From: Schmidtea polychroa
Taxonomy: Eukaryota
NCBI GenBank assembly: GCA_044892525.1
Contig: CM097887.1
Coordinates: forward strand, 11,160,001 to 11,224,000
Length of the DNA: 64,000 nt
Direction of reading: 5' to 3'
Shown here: one piece after another, positions 23,136 through 36,900 of the stretch
Layout of the letters: each line of letters starts with the position of its first letter
Numbering within the stretch: position 1 is the stretch's first letter
The notes under the pieces: generated by a model
Seen by the model: the letters and a program-made list of their open reading frames with translations, nothing else
Told to the model about the DNA's origin: nothing
The model's database searches: none
Position numbers and translations under genes: made by a program

Positions 23136-23636
23136 TTTAGAGTAAAAACTTATAACTAAAAAATATTAAAATTTTATTTTTCTTTATAATAATGTTAAAA
23201 ATATTCAATCACAATCTACTTACAATGTGTGCAAGAATAATATGATCTTATAAAGAAATATGTATATTCGTCACAATTTTTTACAAAAAAAATTCAATGT
23301 TTATTTTATGCGTGTTGCAACTTACAAATATACACGGCAAGCAAGAATACTAAATTGAAATTTTTTATATCTACTCCTAGGTTCTTAAATAATTCGTCTT
23401 TGCTCATGCCGATCCCATTAACTTTAATGGTTAAAGCTCCTGCTTCTTTGTCAATATTGACTATTATTTGAGGTTTGAGGCTGTCTTGACTTTTTATTCT
23501 TGATATATTAATTGAATCTGACGCAATTAATCAAACGCAAATAATCAAATTTACGCATAATAAATTGAAAACGTAGAATTTTTGAATTCCGGGAATTTCC
23601 GGGAATTATAGATGTATAAAAATTCCGGGCATCAAC

Positions 23637-23859
23637 TTTTTGGATTGGGTTCCTTAAAGCCCTGATCTAAATCCTATTGAGTTTCTGTAGACGAGTTCGC
23701 AAAAGGGTTCCCATTGTGCGTAACACCTCCGAGCTGGAAACGCATCAGCATGAAAAATGGTGACACATCTCCCCTGATTTTCTGGCAAAAGTGGTCGATA
23801 CAATGCCTAAATGAGTGCGCCTTGTTATCCAGATGAAAGGTAATATAACGAAGTGCTAA
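23637..23859 (+). pseudogene. Tc1/mariner transposase C-terminal fragment
   Basis: WVP*SPDLNPIE and W*HISPDFLAKVVDTMPK*VRLVIQMKGNITKC* match the Tc1 WPxQSPDLNPIE and MP.R...VI..KG..TKY motifs. Confidence 0.9.
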
Positions 23860-23965
23860 CTCTCAGCACTACAGACATTCAGTATTCGTATGTGTTTCTG
23901 ACATTGGTTTCCATTGCTGTTCATTAAAGACTGCAATATGTAAATAACTGCCTGACTGGAGACTT

Positions 23966-23967
<2 letters not shown>

Positions 23968-24009
<42 letters not shown>
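23968..24009. repeat. (TA)21 microsatellite
   Basis: Direct reading; 42 nt. Confidence 0.97.
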
Positions 24010-24010
<1 letters not shown>

Positions 24011-24816
24011 CTAAATCTCCACGCACATGTACTCGCACACCAAAATCAGACTATAAATACTGACCCATTTCAGTCCTAATTAATGCTGAACTTTTGGGTA
24101 GACCAAATTTTTCTGAATTTTATCAACTTATGATCTTGTAGAAGTAAGATCTATATTTCTAGACTTATATTTATTATGCGATTAAAGTTTTGAACATAAT
24201 TTTTGTTTATTCTCAAAAGACGAATTAACTTTCATACGATAAAATCACTAAACCTTTTTCGGCCTAAGCCTCTATTTTTGCAAGATAGTAAACTATAGAT
24301 TATATTGACCGACGTGAAGTGAGTAATGCCTACTACACAATTCACGGGTAATCTTGTGACTTGTGTGAATGATGGCTAATGAGGGATAGAAAAGTAGCCA
24401 ACGACCCGGTGTCTACAGCATTTGGTACGCTACCGCGCTTCCGTGCCAACTTCATGTGATTGTCATGACATGTACTGACTGTTAGACACAGAGACTATGC
24501 TCCTGCATCTAGGCAATCGATATATCAATATACAGGTCCAAGTGTCGGACTGATGAGTGGACAACATAGCAAGTAAGTTCATTGACACACACACGGTTAA
24601 ATCTCCACAAATAGTACCATACTAAGAAGATTTTCATTTACCAGTATCACCTTGCATAATTCAACAAACTAAATATTTGGTGATATTTTATTTTTTTATT
24701 CTAATTAGCATTCCTCTAAACAGCCATTTCCCACAACCGCTTTGTCTCCACACCCTTTGTTATTCGTGACCTTCTCATACAATCCATGCTACCAGATAAC
24801 ACGAATGTAATAAAAT

Positions 24817-27160
24817 TGTTGAGGATACCTAAATTACAAAATAAAAATAATTTAAATGGTTGGGGGAAATGATGATGAATGAATGGGGCAGTCTTTTGGA
24901 ATCCAGTAAAACAAGAGTAGAAGAGAGATGTTGAAAAATGAGAAGTGAACAGAAGAAAATCAATAAAAACAGACAATTAAATAAAAGGTCATTCTTAATT
25001 AATAAATAAAAGTGAAAGAGAAGCGAAACAAACCATATAGAGTAAATTCGCACTGGGAGCAGTGTTGGGACAACAAGTTGAAGGTATAAAGGACCATGTA
25101 ATTACAGAGACCATTAAAGGTCCATATACAGTTTGTGATGCGACGGCAACAAATTTAAAGTTGCGCCCAATTAACTAGAACGTCAGTTACGGTCAAAAGC
25201 AAAGACAGTTGAAGAACAAATAAGCATTCAGCAGAAATTCAAAAGGAATTCAACTCCATTGGAATATATCGGCAAAGTCTAATTGATAACCACAGTTCTG
25301 ATAAATACTATAACATTTGTAAATAGAATCAAAAATTGACTTACCCTATGCAGTTAACAAAGTACCATTGTTGGATAAAGTGAATATCTACTCAACTTAA
25401 AGCTGTATAATATGGGTATACCATTGTGAAATAAAAGATAAAATCAAAATTAGTAATTTATTTAATCCTTTTGAACCTTTTATTACCTAACACTACGATA
25501 AAAATATAGACATCGCTCGACAATTAACAACAAATTATGAATACCCTTGTATATTTAAACAAAGTAACACTCAAATAAATACAAAAAAATCTATAATCTA
25601 ATATAAATTCGCATCTGGACGAAAGAATGAAGAAATTGGGTTGAAAATAGAACCAACGATAAACGAGATTCACCTCTATTGGAAAGCGGAAGAACAACAA
25701 AAAGTCAGAGTAATTTTTCAAAAATATTCAATTGAAACGCTGAATAATAGAAAGTCGTTTATCAAATATGAGAAACTAAAATCTCACTGTATTTCAATAA
25801 TTTATAATGAAAAGATTTTATATGATAATGGGATGTATTCGAGTAATCAATGGACAAAAGTCAAAATGCAACAAGAGAGTACGAGCTTTCCTTGGTTCGA
25901 CGTGGTCGACCTGCCGAAAGAACCTTCCTAAAATATTAGTGATAACTTTTCATAATTTTTCAAATTTTCACGCGCTCTCTATATTCTTGCAACTGCGCTT
26001 ATCAACCATCCAAGATACAGTCACCCATTCGACTCATCACACCGGCATTTAATCACATTTCAGGCAAGACGATTCATCAATCACTTTACAACAAATATCA
26101 TAGTCTCAACACACAGACATACTTTCGCCTACATTTACACACCGGTGCATTCTAAATTTATATTTTTATTTAACTCGGATCTGAATTGTGACCTTTTTAT
26201 AAAATAACATTATGAAGTCATAGGAAGGTATACATTTAATTATTCTACTTGCGTCGATTATTTGCGTCTTCTTTCGAGTAGTTGCAGCTTCGGAAGTTTG
26301 TTGAATTAGACATGGTGGTACTGGTAAATGATAATATTAGTTTGGTGCTATTTATAGTTATGTACTCGGGTGCGTGCCACTTACCTGCTATGTTGATATG
26401 AAGACAGATCGGGATTCCGCACTAAAACTTGTGAAGATATTCCGCATCAAGATAGATAATCAAGGAACGAATCAGACAGATGGAGAGGACATGAATCAGG
26501 TCCTAGGCTACAACGTCTACAACAAATCGAAACGCTGCAATCTCAAGAAGTGTAGGACCAAATGGAGATCCAGGCTTCAAAAATTCAGATGAGGCAACTT
26601 GGAACTCAGGATAACTATTGGTCGATAACTAACCATACAAATACTGAACAAGTCGCATTTCCAACCCGAATCACAGAGCTTCAGGCTAAACCAACAACCA
26701 GTACAATCCCTGTAACCGGCCAAGCAAAGAAACGTAAAAGACCAAAGAAGCTCGAACGCTTCAGATGACGAATACATAAAGAAGTTCGAATCAGCGGCAA
26801 ATTCAATCATGGTCTAGACACTTTAGTTGAGGCAGAAGGTGGCTCGTCGGGTTAAACAAATCATTAGTATATTAAATAAATAAAACATTTCTGTTTTGGC
26901 CATAATTCGTTGCTTAACGCTTCTGATGTCGATGGGGTATAGAGAAAAGGGGACCCTAGAGGTAAGATGGACATAAGGTTTGCTCGACGAATATAGTGTA
27001 CAGTGGTATGGTCACTTTTTGCGAGTATTCACACATACTACACATTACCAACGTTGATCGCTCAATGGGTGTCGGATGGCAAAGTAAACCATTATATCTT
27101 GGATTGCGGCGGAAACAACACGAAAGAGCAATCTTTGGATAACCTGTGACCCACCAAATT
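24817..27160 (+). mobile_element. Degenerate Gypsy/Ty3 retrotransposon remnant(s)
   Basis: RNase H motif FALGAVLGQQVEGIKDHVI at ~25047-25103. GPY/F-like RWRG...QVLGYNVY at ~26480-26525. Leader TGTTGAGGATACCTAAAT is identical to 16033. LTR-like tail at 26960-27160 is homologous to 4480-4691. Confidence 0.6.
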
Positions 27161-27577
27161 AATAATAAAATAATTATGGTAAGAACATAAAAATATTACT
27201 GATGAAAATTGTTATTATTTTAATTATAAATTATTAAACTAATACTTTGTAATAATTATAAAAATAAAATTAATAAAATATTGTAACAATACAATTAGAA
27301 TGATATCATTAGCCAATCAATTATGGATTAAATAGATTAATACAAGTAATTATTAACACAAGAAACATTTAAAAGAGCAACGTAGAGTTTTAATGTATAT
27401 CAAATAGTTGCCATTTTGAAATTATGCTCCCCAATTTAAAAGGTAATGCAATATAAATTTAGTTTCAAATCGTTTAGTTAGTGCATTAAATAAATAAATA
27501 ATAACAAATATATATTTACTGTTTGAAATGAAACTAATAAAATATATAAAATAAAAGCATTAATAATATATCAATTA

Positions 27578-27990
27578 TTAATAAGCGGGTAATATATTTA
27601 TGGAACTTTCAATTTCACAGCCCCTGAAGTTTTCCTAGTTCAACAGATGAAGCACCCTACAGTGTGTCAGCTGATATCTGGTCATTGGTGGCCACTGTTA
27701 TCTATATGATTACTGGTTAGGGATATCTCGATGAAAAATGGCATTTCTCTGCAAGAATTCTAGATCTTCGAGGATCTGCTTGTTGTATTTAATGACATAA
27801 TTTGTTGCTAAAGATCTTTCGATTTGATTCTCCAAAAACCTTAGAAAAAGGAATAATAATTCTAATAGTCATTTAGGTGTAATATTTATTACAAACTCTC
27901 AAATTTGCAAGCTATATTAATTGGATAATGTAAAATTAATAAGTGGCAATAGCAATTGGCTGTACTGTGCGTTCTATTTAAAGAAAAATT
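27578..27990 (+). pseudogene. Ser/Thr protein-kinase gene fragment (subdomains VIII-IX) forming the founder unit of the satellite
   Basis: 27602-27720 reads GTFNFTAPEVF / (1-nt frameshift) STDEAPYSVSADIWSLVATVIYMITG*. Copy 2 supplies the missing base (APEVLLSST). Confidence 0.8.
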
Positions 27991-30900
27991 AGCAGCAAAT
28001 GTATTGATGGAATTTTCCATTTCACAGCTCCTGAAGTTTTACTTAGTTCAACAAATGAAACACCCTAAACTGCGCAAGGTTATACTTGGTCTGTTTTTGC
28101 CACTGCTATCTATATGAATACTAAAAAATTGTATTTTCATGCAAGAATCCAGGCTCTTGAGGATCTGTTTGCTGTATTTAATGATATCATTTGTTGCTAA
28201 AGACCTTTCGATTTGATTCTCCAAAAGAAGGGGGATTTAGGGGTAATATTTATTATGAACTCTCAACTTCACAAGCTATATTAAATTGATGTAAAATTAG
28301 TAAGTGGCAATAGCACTTGACTGTACTGTGCTTTATATTTAATGAAAAATTAGCAGCAAATGTATTGATGGAACCTTCAATTTCACAGATCTTGAAGTTT
28401 TACTTAGTTCAACAAATGAAGCACCCTATACTGCGTCAGGTTATATTCGGTCTGTTGCTGCCACTGCTATCTATATGAATACTAAAAAATTGTATTTTCA
28501 TGCAAGAATTCCAGGCTCTTGAGGATCTGCTTGCTGTATTTAATGATATCATTTGTTGCTAAAGACCTTTGATTCTCCACTGCTATCTATATGAATACTA
28601 AAAAATTGTATTTTCATGCAAGAATTCCAGGCTCTTGAGAATCTGTTTGCTGTATTTAATGATATCATTTGTTGCTAAAGACCTTTCGATTTAATTCTCC
28701 ACTGCTATCTATATGAATACTAAAAAATTGTATTTTCATGCCAGAATTCCAGGCTTTTGAGGATCTGTTTGCTGTATTTAATGATATTATTTGTTGCTAA
28801 AGACCTTTCGATTTGATTCTCCACTGTTATCTATATGAATACTAAAAAATTGTATTTTCATGCCAGAATTCCAGGCTCTTGAGGATCTGTTTGCTGTATT
28901 TAATGATATTATTTGTTGCTAAAGACCTTTGATTCTCCACTGCTATCTAAATGAATACTAAAAAATTGTATTTTCATGCAAGAATTCCAGGCTCTTGAGG
29001 ATCTGCTTGCTGTATTTAATGATATCATTTGTTGCTAAAGACGTTTCGATTTGATTCTCCACTGCTATCTATATGAATACTAAAAAATTGTATTTTCATT
29101 CAAGAATTCCAGGCTCTTGAGGATCTGTTTGCTGTATTTAATGATATCATTTGTTGCTAAAGACCTTTCGATTTGATTCTCCAAAAAACCTTAGAAGGGG
29201 AATAATAATTCTAGCAGTGATTTAGGGGTAATATTTATTATGAACTCTCAACTTCACAAGCTATATTTATTGGATAATGTAAAATTAGTGAGGGGCAATA
29301 GCACTTGACTGTACTGTGCGTTCTATTTAAAAGAAAATCAGCGGCAAATGTATTGATGGAACCTTCAATTTCACAGATCTTGAAGTTTTACTTAGTTCAA
29401 CAGATGAAGCACCCTATACTGCGTCAGGTTATATTTGGTCTGTTGCTGCCACTGCTATCTATATGAATACTAAAAAATCGTATTTTCATGCCAGAATTCC
29501 AGGCTTTTGAAGATCTGTTTGCTGTATTTAATGATATTATTTGTTGCTAAAGACCTTTCGATTTGATTCTCCACTGCTATCTATATGAATACTAAAAAAT
29601 TGTATTTTCATGCAAGAATTCCAGGCTCTTGAGGATCTGTTTGCTGTATTTAATGATATCATTTGTTGCTAAAGACGTTTCGATTTGATTCTCCACTGCT
29701 ATCTATATGAATACTAAAAAATTGTATTTTCATGCCAGAATTCCAGGCTCTTGAGAATCTGTTTGCTGTATTTAATGATATTATTTGTTGCTAAAGACCT
29801 TTGATTCTCCACTGCTATCTAAATGAATACTAAAAAATTGTATTTTCATGCAAGAATCCAGGCTCTTGAGGATCTGTTTGCTGTATTTAATGATATCATT
29901 TGTTGCTAAAGACCTTTCGATTTGATTCTCCAAAAGAAGGGGGATTTAGGGGTAATATTTATTATGAACTCTCAACTTCACAAGCTATATTAAATTGATG
30001 TAAAATTAGTAAGTGGCAATAGCACTTGACTGTACTGTGCTTTATATTTAATGAAAAATTAGCAGCAAATGTATTGATGGAACCTTCAATTTCACAGATC
30101 TTGAAGTTTTACTTAGTTCAACAGATGAAGCACCCTATACTGCGTCAGGTTATATTTGGTCTGTTGCTGCCACTGCTATCTATATGAATACTAAAAAATT
30201 GTATTTTCATGCAAGAATTCCAGGCTCTTGAGGATCTGTTTGCTGTATTTAATGATATCATTTGTTGCTAAAGACGTTTAGATTTGATTCTCCACTGCTA
30301 TCTATATGAATACTAAAAAATCGTATTTTCATGCCAGAATTCCAGGCTTTTGAAGATCTGTTTGCTGTATTTAATGATATTATTTGTTGCTAAAGACCTT
30401 TCGATTTGATTCTCCACTGCTATCTATATGAATACTAAAAAATTGTATTTTCATGCAAGAATTCCAGGCTCTTAAGGATCTGTTTGCTGCATTTAATGAT
30501 ATCATTTGTTGCTAAAGACGTTTCGATTTGATTCTCCACTGCTATCTATATGAATACTAAAAAATTGTATTTTCATGCAAGAATTCCAAGCTCTTGAGGA
30601 TCTGTTTGCTGTATTTAATGATATCATTTGTTGCTAAAGACGTTTCGATTTGATTCTCCACTGCTATCTATATGAATACTAAAAAATCGTATTTTCATGC
30701 CAGAATTCCAGGCTTTTGAAGATCTGTTTGCTGTATTTAATGATATTATTTGTTGCTAAAGACCTTTCGATTTGATTCTCCACTGCTATCTATATGAATA
30801 CTAAAAAATTGTATTTTCATGCAAGAATTCCAGGCTCTTGAGGATCTGTTTGCTGTATTTAATGATATCATTTGTTGCTAAAGACGTTTCGATTTGATTC

Positions 30901-33900
30901 TCCACTGCTATCTATATGAATACTAAAAAATTGTATTTTCATTCAAGAATTCCAGGCTCTTGAGGATCTATTTGCTGTATTTAATGATATCATTTGTTGC
31001 TAAAGACCTTTCGATTTGATTCTCCAAAAAACCTTAGAAGGGGAATAATAATTCTAGCAGTGATTTAGGGGTAATATTTATTATGAACTCTCAACTTCAC
31101 AAGCTATATTTATTGGATAATGTAAAATTAGTGAGGGGCAATAGCACTTGACTGTACTGTGCGTTCTATTTAAAAGAAAATCAGCGGCAAATGTATTGAT
31201 GGAACCTTCAATTTCACAGATCTTGAAGTTTTACTTAGTTCAACAGGTGAAGCACCCTATACTGCGTCAGGTTATATTTGGTCTGTTGCTGCCACTGCTA
31301 TCTATATGAATACTAAAAAATTGTATTTTCATGCCAGAATTCCAGGCTTTTGAGGATCTGTTTGCTGTATTTAATGATATTATTTTTTGCTAAAGACCTT
31401 TCGATTTGATTCTCCACTGTTATCTATATGAATACTAAAAAATTGTATTTTCATGCCAGAATTCCAGGCTCTTGAGGATCTGTTTGCTGTATTTAATGAT
31501 ATCATTTGTTGCTAAAGACGTTTCGATTTGATTCTCCACTGCTATCTATATGAATACTAAAAAATTGTATTTTCATGCAAGAATTCCAAGCTCTTGAGGA
31601 TCTGTTTGCTGTATTTAATGATATCATTTGTTGCTAAAGACGTTTCGATTTGATTCTCCACTGCTATCTATATGAATACTAAAAAATCGTATTTTCATGC
31701 CAGAATTCCAGGCTTTTGAAGATCTGTTTGCTGTATTTAATGATATTATTTGTTGCTAAAGACCTTTCGATTTGATTCTCCACTGCTATCTATATGAATA
31801 CTAAAAAATTGTATTTTCATGCAAGAATTCCAGGCTCTTGAGGATCTGTTTGCTGTATTTAATGATATCATTTGTTGCTAAAGACGTTTCGATTTGATTC
31901 TCCACTGCTATCTATATGAATACTAAAAAATTGTATTTTCATGCCAGAATTCCAGGCTCTTGAGAATCTGTTTGCTGTATTTAATGATATTATTTGTTGC
32001 TAAAGACCTTTGATTCTCCACTGCTATCTAAATGAATACTAAAAAATTGTATTTTCATGCAAGAATCCAGGCTCTTGAGGATCTGTTTGCTGTATTTAAT
32101 GATATTATTTGTTGCTAAAGACCTTTCAATTTGATTCTCCAAAAGAAGGGGGATTTAGGGGTAATATTTATTATGAACTCTCAACTTCACAAGCTATATT
32201 AAATTGATGTAAAATTAGTAAGTGGCAATAGCACTTGACTGTACTGTGCTTTATATTTAATGAAAAATTAGCAGCAAATGTATTGATGGAACCTTCAATT
32301 TCACAGATCTTGAAGTTTTACTTAGTTCAACAAATGAAGCACCCTATACTGCGTCAGGTTATATTTGGTCTGTTGCTGCCACTGCTATCTATATGAATAC
32401 TAAAAAATTGTATTTTCATGCAAGAATTCCAGGCTCTTGAGGATCTGCTTGCTGTATTTAATGATATCATTTGTTGCTAAAGACGTTTCGATTTGATTCT
32501 CCACTGCTATCTATATGAATACTAAAAAATTGTATTTTCATTCAAGAATTCCAGGCTCTTGAGGATCTGTTTGCTGTATTTAATGATATCATTTGTTGCT
32601 AAAGACCTTTCGATTTGATTCTCCAAAAATCCTTAGAAGGGGAATAATAATTCTAGCAGTGATTTAGGGGTAATATTTATTATGAACTCTCAACTTCACA
32701 AGCTATATTTATTGGATAATGTAAAATTAGTGAGGGGCAATAGCACTTGACTGTACTGTGCGTTCTATTTAAAAGAAAATCAGCGGCAAATGTATTGATG
32801 GAACCTTCAATTTCACAGATCTTGAAGTTTTACTTAGTTCAACAGATGAAGCACCCTATACTGCGTCAGGTTATATTTGGTCTGTTGCTGCCACTGCTAT
32901 CTATATGAATACTAAAAAATCGTATTTTCATGCCAGAATTCCAGGCTTTTGAAGATCTGTTTGCTGTATTTAATGATATTATTTGTTGCTAAAGACCTTT
33001 CGATTTGATTCTCCACTGCTATCTATATGAATACTAAAAAATTGTATTTTCATGCAAGAATTCCAGGCTCTTGAGGATCTGTTTGCTGTATTTAATGATA
33101 TCATTTGTTGCTAAAGACGTTTCGATTTGATTCTCCACTGCTATCTATATGAATACTAAAAAATCGTATTTTCATGCCAGAATTCCAGGCTTTTGAAGAT
33201 CTGTTTGCTGTATTTAATGATATTATTTGTTGCTAAAGACCTTTCGATTTGATTCTCCACTGTTATCTATATGAATACTAAAAAATTGTATTTTCATGCC
33301 AGAATTCCAGGCTCTTGAGGATCTGTTTGCTGTATTTAATGATATCATTTGTTGCTAAAGACGTTTCGATTTGATTCTCCACTGCTATCTATATGAATAC
33401 TAAAAAATTGTATTTTCATGCAAGAATTCCAAGCTCTTGAGGATCTGTTTGCTGTATTTAATGATATCATTTGTTGCTAAAGACGTTTCGATTTGATTCT
33501 CCACTGCTATCTATATGAATACTAAAAAATCGTATTTTCATGCCAGAATTCCAGGCTTTTGAAGATCTGTTTGCTGTATTTAATGATATTATTTGTTGCT
33601 AAAGACCTTTCGATTTGATTCTCCACTGCTATCTATATGAATACTAAAAAATTGTATTTTCATGCAAGAATTCCAGGCTCTTGAGGATCTGTTTGCTGTA
33701 TTTAATGATATCATTTGTTGCTAAAGACGTTTCGATTTGATTCTCCACTGCTATCTATATGAATACTAAAAAATTGTATTTTCATGCCAGAATTCCAGGC
33801 TCTTGAGAATCTGTTTGCTGTATTTAATGATATTATTTGTTGCTAAAGACCTTTGATTCTCCACTGCTATCTAAATGAATACTAAAAAATTGTATTTTCA

Positions 33901-36900
33901 TGCAAGAATCCAGGCTCTTGAGGATCTGTTTGCTGTATTTAATGATATTATTTGTTGCTAAAGACCTTTCAATTTGATTCTCCAAAAGAAGGGGGATTTA
34001 GGGGTAATATTTATTATGAACTCTCAACTTCACAAGCTATATTAAATTGATGTAAAATTAGTAAGTGGCAATAGCACTTGACTGTACTGTGCTTTATATT
34101 TAATGAAAAATTAGCAGCAAATGTATTGATGGAACCTTCAATTTCACAGATCTTGAAGTTTTACTTAGTTCAACAAATGAAGCACCCTATACTGCGTCAG
34201 GTTATATTTGGTCTGTTGCTGCCACTGCTATCTATATGAATACTAAAAAATTGTATTTTCATGCAAGAATTCCAGGCTCTTGAGGATCTGCTTGCTGTAT
34301 TTAATGATATCATTTGTTGCTAAAGACGTTTCGATTTGATTCTCCACTGCTATCTATATGAATACTAAAAAATTGTATTTTCATTCAAGAATTCCAGGCT
34401 CTTGAGGATCTGTTTGCTGTATTTAATGATATCATTTGTTGCTAAAGACCTTTCGATTTGATTCTCCAAAAATCCTTAGAAGGGGAATAATAATTCTAGC
34501 AGTGATTTAGGGGTAATATTTATTATGAACTCTCAACTTCACAAGCTATATTTATTGGATAATGTAAAATTAGTGAGGGGCAATAGCACTTGACTGTACT
34601 GTGCGTTCTATTTAAAAGAAAATCAGCGGCAAATGTATTGATGGAACCTTCAATTTCACAGATCTTGAAGTTTTACTTAGTTCAACAGATGAAGCACCCT
34701 ATACTGCGTCAGGTTATATTTGGTCTGTTGCTGCCACTGCTATCTATATGAATACTAAAAAATCGTATTTTCATGCCAGAATTCCAGGCTTTTGAAGATC
34801 TGTTTGCTGTATTTAATGATATTATTTGTTGCTAAAGACCTTTCGATTTGATTCTCCACTGCTATCTATATGAATACTAAAAAATTGTATTTTCATGCAA
34901 GAATTCCAGGCTCTTGAGGATCTGTTTGCTGTATTTAATGATATCATTTGTTGCTAAAGACGTTTCGATTTGATTCTCCACTGCTATCTATATGAATACT
35001 AAAAAATCGTATTTTCATGCCAGAATTCCAGGCTTTTGAAGATCTGTTTGCTGTATTTAATGATATTATTTGTTGCTAAAGACCTTTCGATTTGATTCTC
35101 CACTGCTATCTATATGAATACTAAAAAATTGTATTTTCATGCAAGAATTCCAGGCCCTTGAGGATCTGTTTGCTGTATTTAATGATATCATTTGTTGCTA
35201 AAGACGTTTCGATTTGATTCTCCACTGCTATCTATATGAATACTAAAAAATTTTATTTTCATGCCAGAATTCCAGGCTCTTGAGAATCTGTTTGCTGTAT
35301 TTAATGATATTATTTGTTGCTAAAGACCTTTGATTCTCCACTGCTATCTAAATGAATACTAAAAAATTGTATTTTCATGCAAGAATCCAGGCTCTTGAGG
35401 ATCTGTTTGCTGTATTTAATGATATCATTTGTTGCTAAAGACCTTTCGATTTGATTCTCCAAAAGAAGGGGGATTTAGGGGTAATATTTATTATGAACTC
35501 TCAACTTCACAAGCTATATTAAATTGATGTAAAATTAGTAAGTGGCAATAGCACTTGACTGTACTGTGCTTTATATTTAATGAAAAATTAGCAGCAAATG
35601 TATTGATGGAACCTTCAATTTCACAGATCTTGAAGTTTTACTTAGTTCAACAAATGAAGCACCCTATACTGCGTCAGGTTATATTTGGTCTGTTGCTGCC
35701 ACTGCTATCTATATGAATACTAAAAAATTGTATTTTCATGCAAGAATTCCAGGCTCTTGAGGATCTGCTTGCTGTATTTAATGATATCATTTGTTGCTAA
35801 AGACGTTTCGATTTGATTCTCCACTGCTATCTATATGAATACTAAAAAATTGTATTTTCATTCAAGAATTCCAGGCTTTTGAGGATCTGTTTGCTGTATT
35901 TAATGATATCATTTGTTGCTAAAGACCTTTCGATTTGATTCTCCAAAAAACCTTAGAAGGGGAATAATAATTCTAGCAGTGATTTAGGGGTAATATTTAT
36001 TATGAACTCTCAACTTCACAAGCTATATTTATTGGATAATGTAAAATTAGTGAGGGGCAATAGCACTTGACTGTACTGTGCGTTCTATTTAAAAGAAAAT
36101 CAGCGGCAAATGTATTGATGGAACCTTCAATTTCACAGATCTTGAAGTTTTACTTAGTTCAACAGATGAAGCACCCTATACTGCGTCAGGTTATATTTGG
36201 TCTGTTGCTGCCACTGCTATCTATATGAATACTAAAAAATCGTATTTTCATGCCAGAATTCCAGGCTTTTGAAGATCTGTTTGCTGTATTTAATGATATT
36301 ATTTGTTGCTAAAGACCTTTCGATTTGATTCTCCACTGCTATCTATATGAATACTAAAAAATTGTATTTTCATGCAAGAATTCCAGGCTCTTGAGGATCT
36401 GTTTGCTGTATTTAATGATATCATTTGTTGCTAAAGACGTTTCGATTTGATTCTCCACTGCTATCTATATGAATACTAAAAAATTGTATTTTCATGCAAG
36501 AATTCCAAGCTCTTGAGGATCTGTTTGCTGTATTTAATGATATCATTTGTTGCTAAAGACGTTTAGATTTGATTCTCCACTGCTATCTATATGAATACTA
36601 AAAAATCGTATTTTCATGCCAGAATTCCAGGCTTTTGAAGATCTGTTTGCTGTATTTAATGATATTATTTGTTGCTAAAGACCTTTCGATTTGATTCTCC
36701 ACTGCTATCTATATGAATACTAAAAAATTGTATTTTCATGCAAGAATTCCAGGCTCTTGAGGATCTGTTTGCTGTATTTAATGATATCATTTGTTGCTAA
36801 AGACGTTTCGATTTGATTCTCCACTGCTATCTATATGAATACTAAAAAATTGTATTTTCATGCCAGAATTCCAGGCTCTTGAGAATCTGTTTGCTGTATT

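Noticed and set aside
23856-24038. 60-aa ORF with IYIYIY repeat
   Set aside because: Artefact of the (TA)21 microsatellite.
24545-24575. Hammerhead ribozyme core CTGATGAG
   Set aside because: No stem II followed by GAAA and no closing stems.
23520-26268. A single element bounded by inverted GACGCAAATAATC motifs (23520-23546 and 26256-26268)
   Set aside because: The match is only about 13 bp, with no TSD or extended TIR, and the interior is a mixture of unrelated TE fragments.
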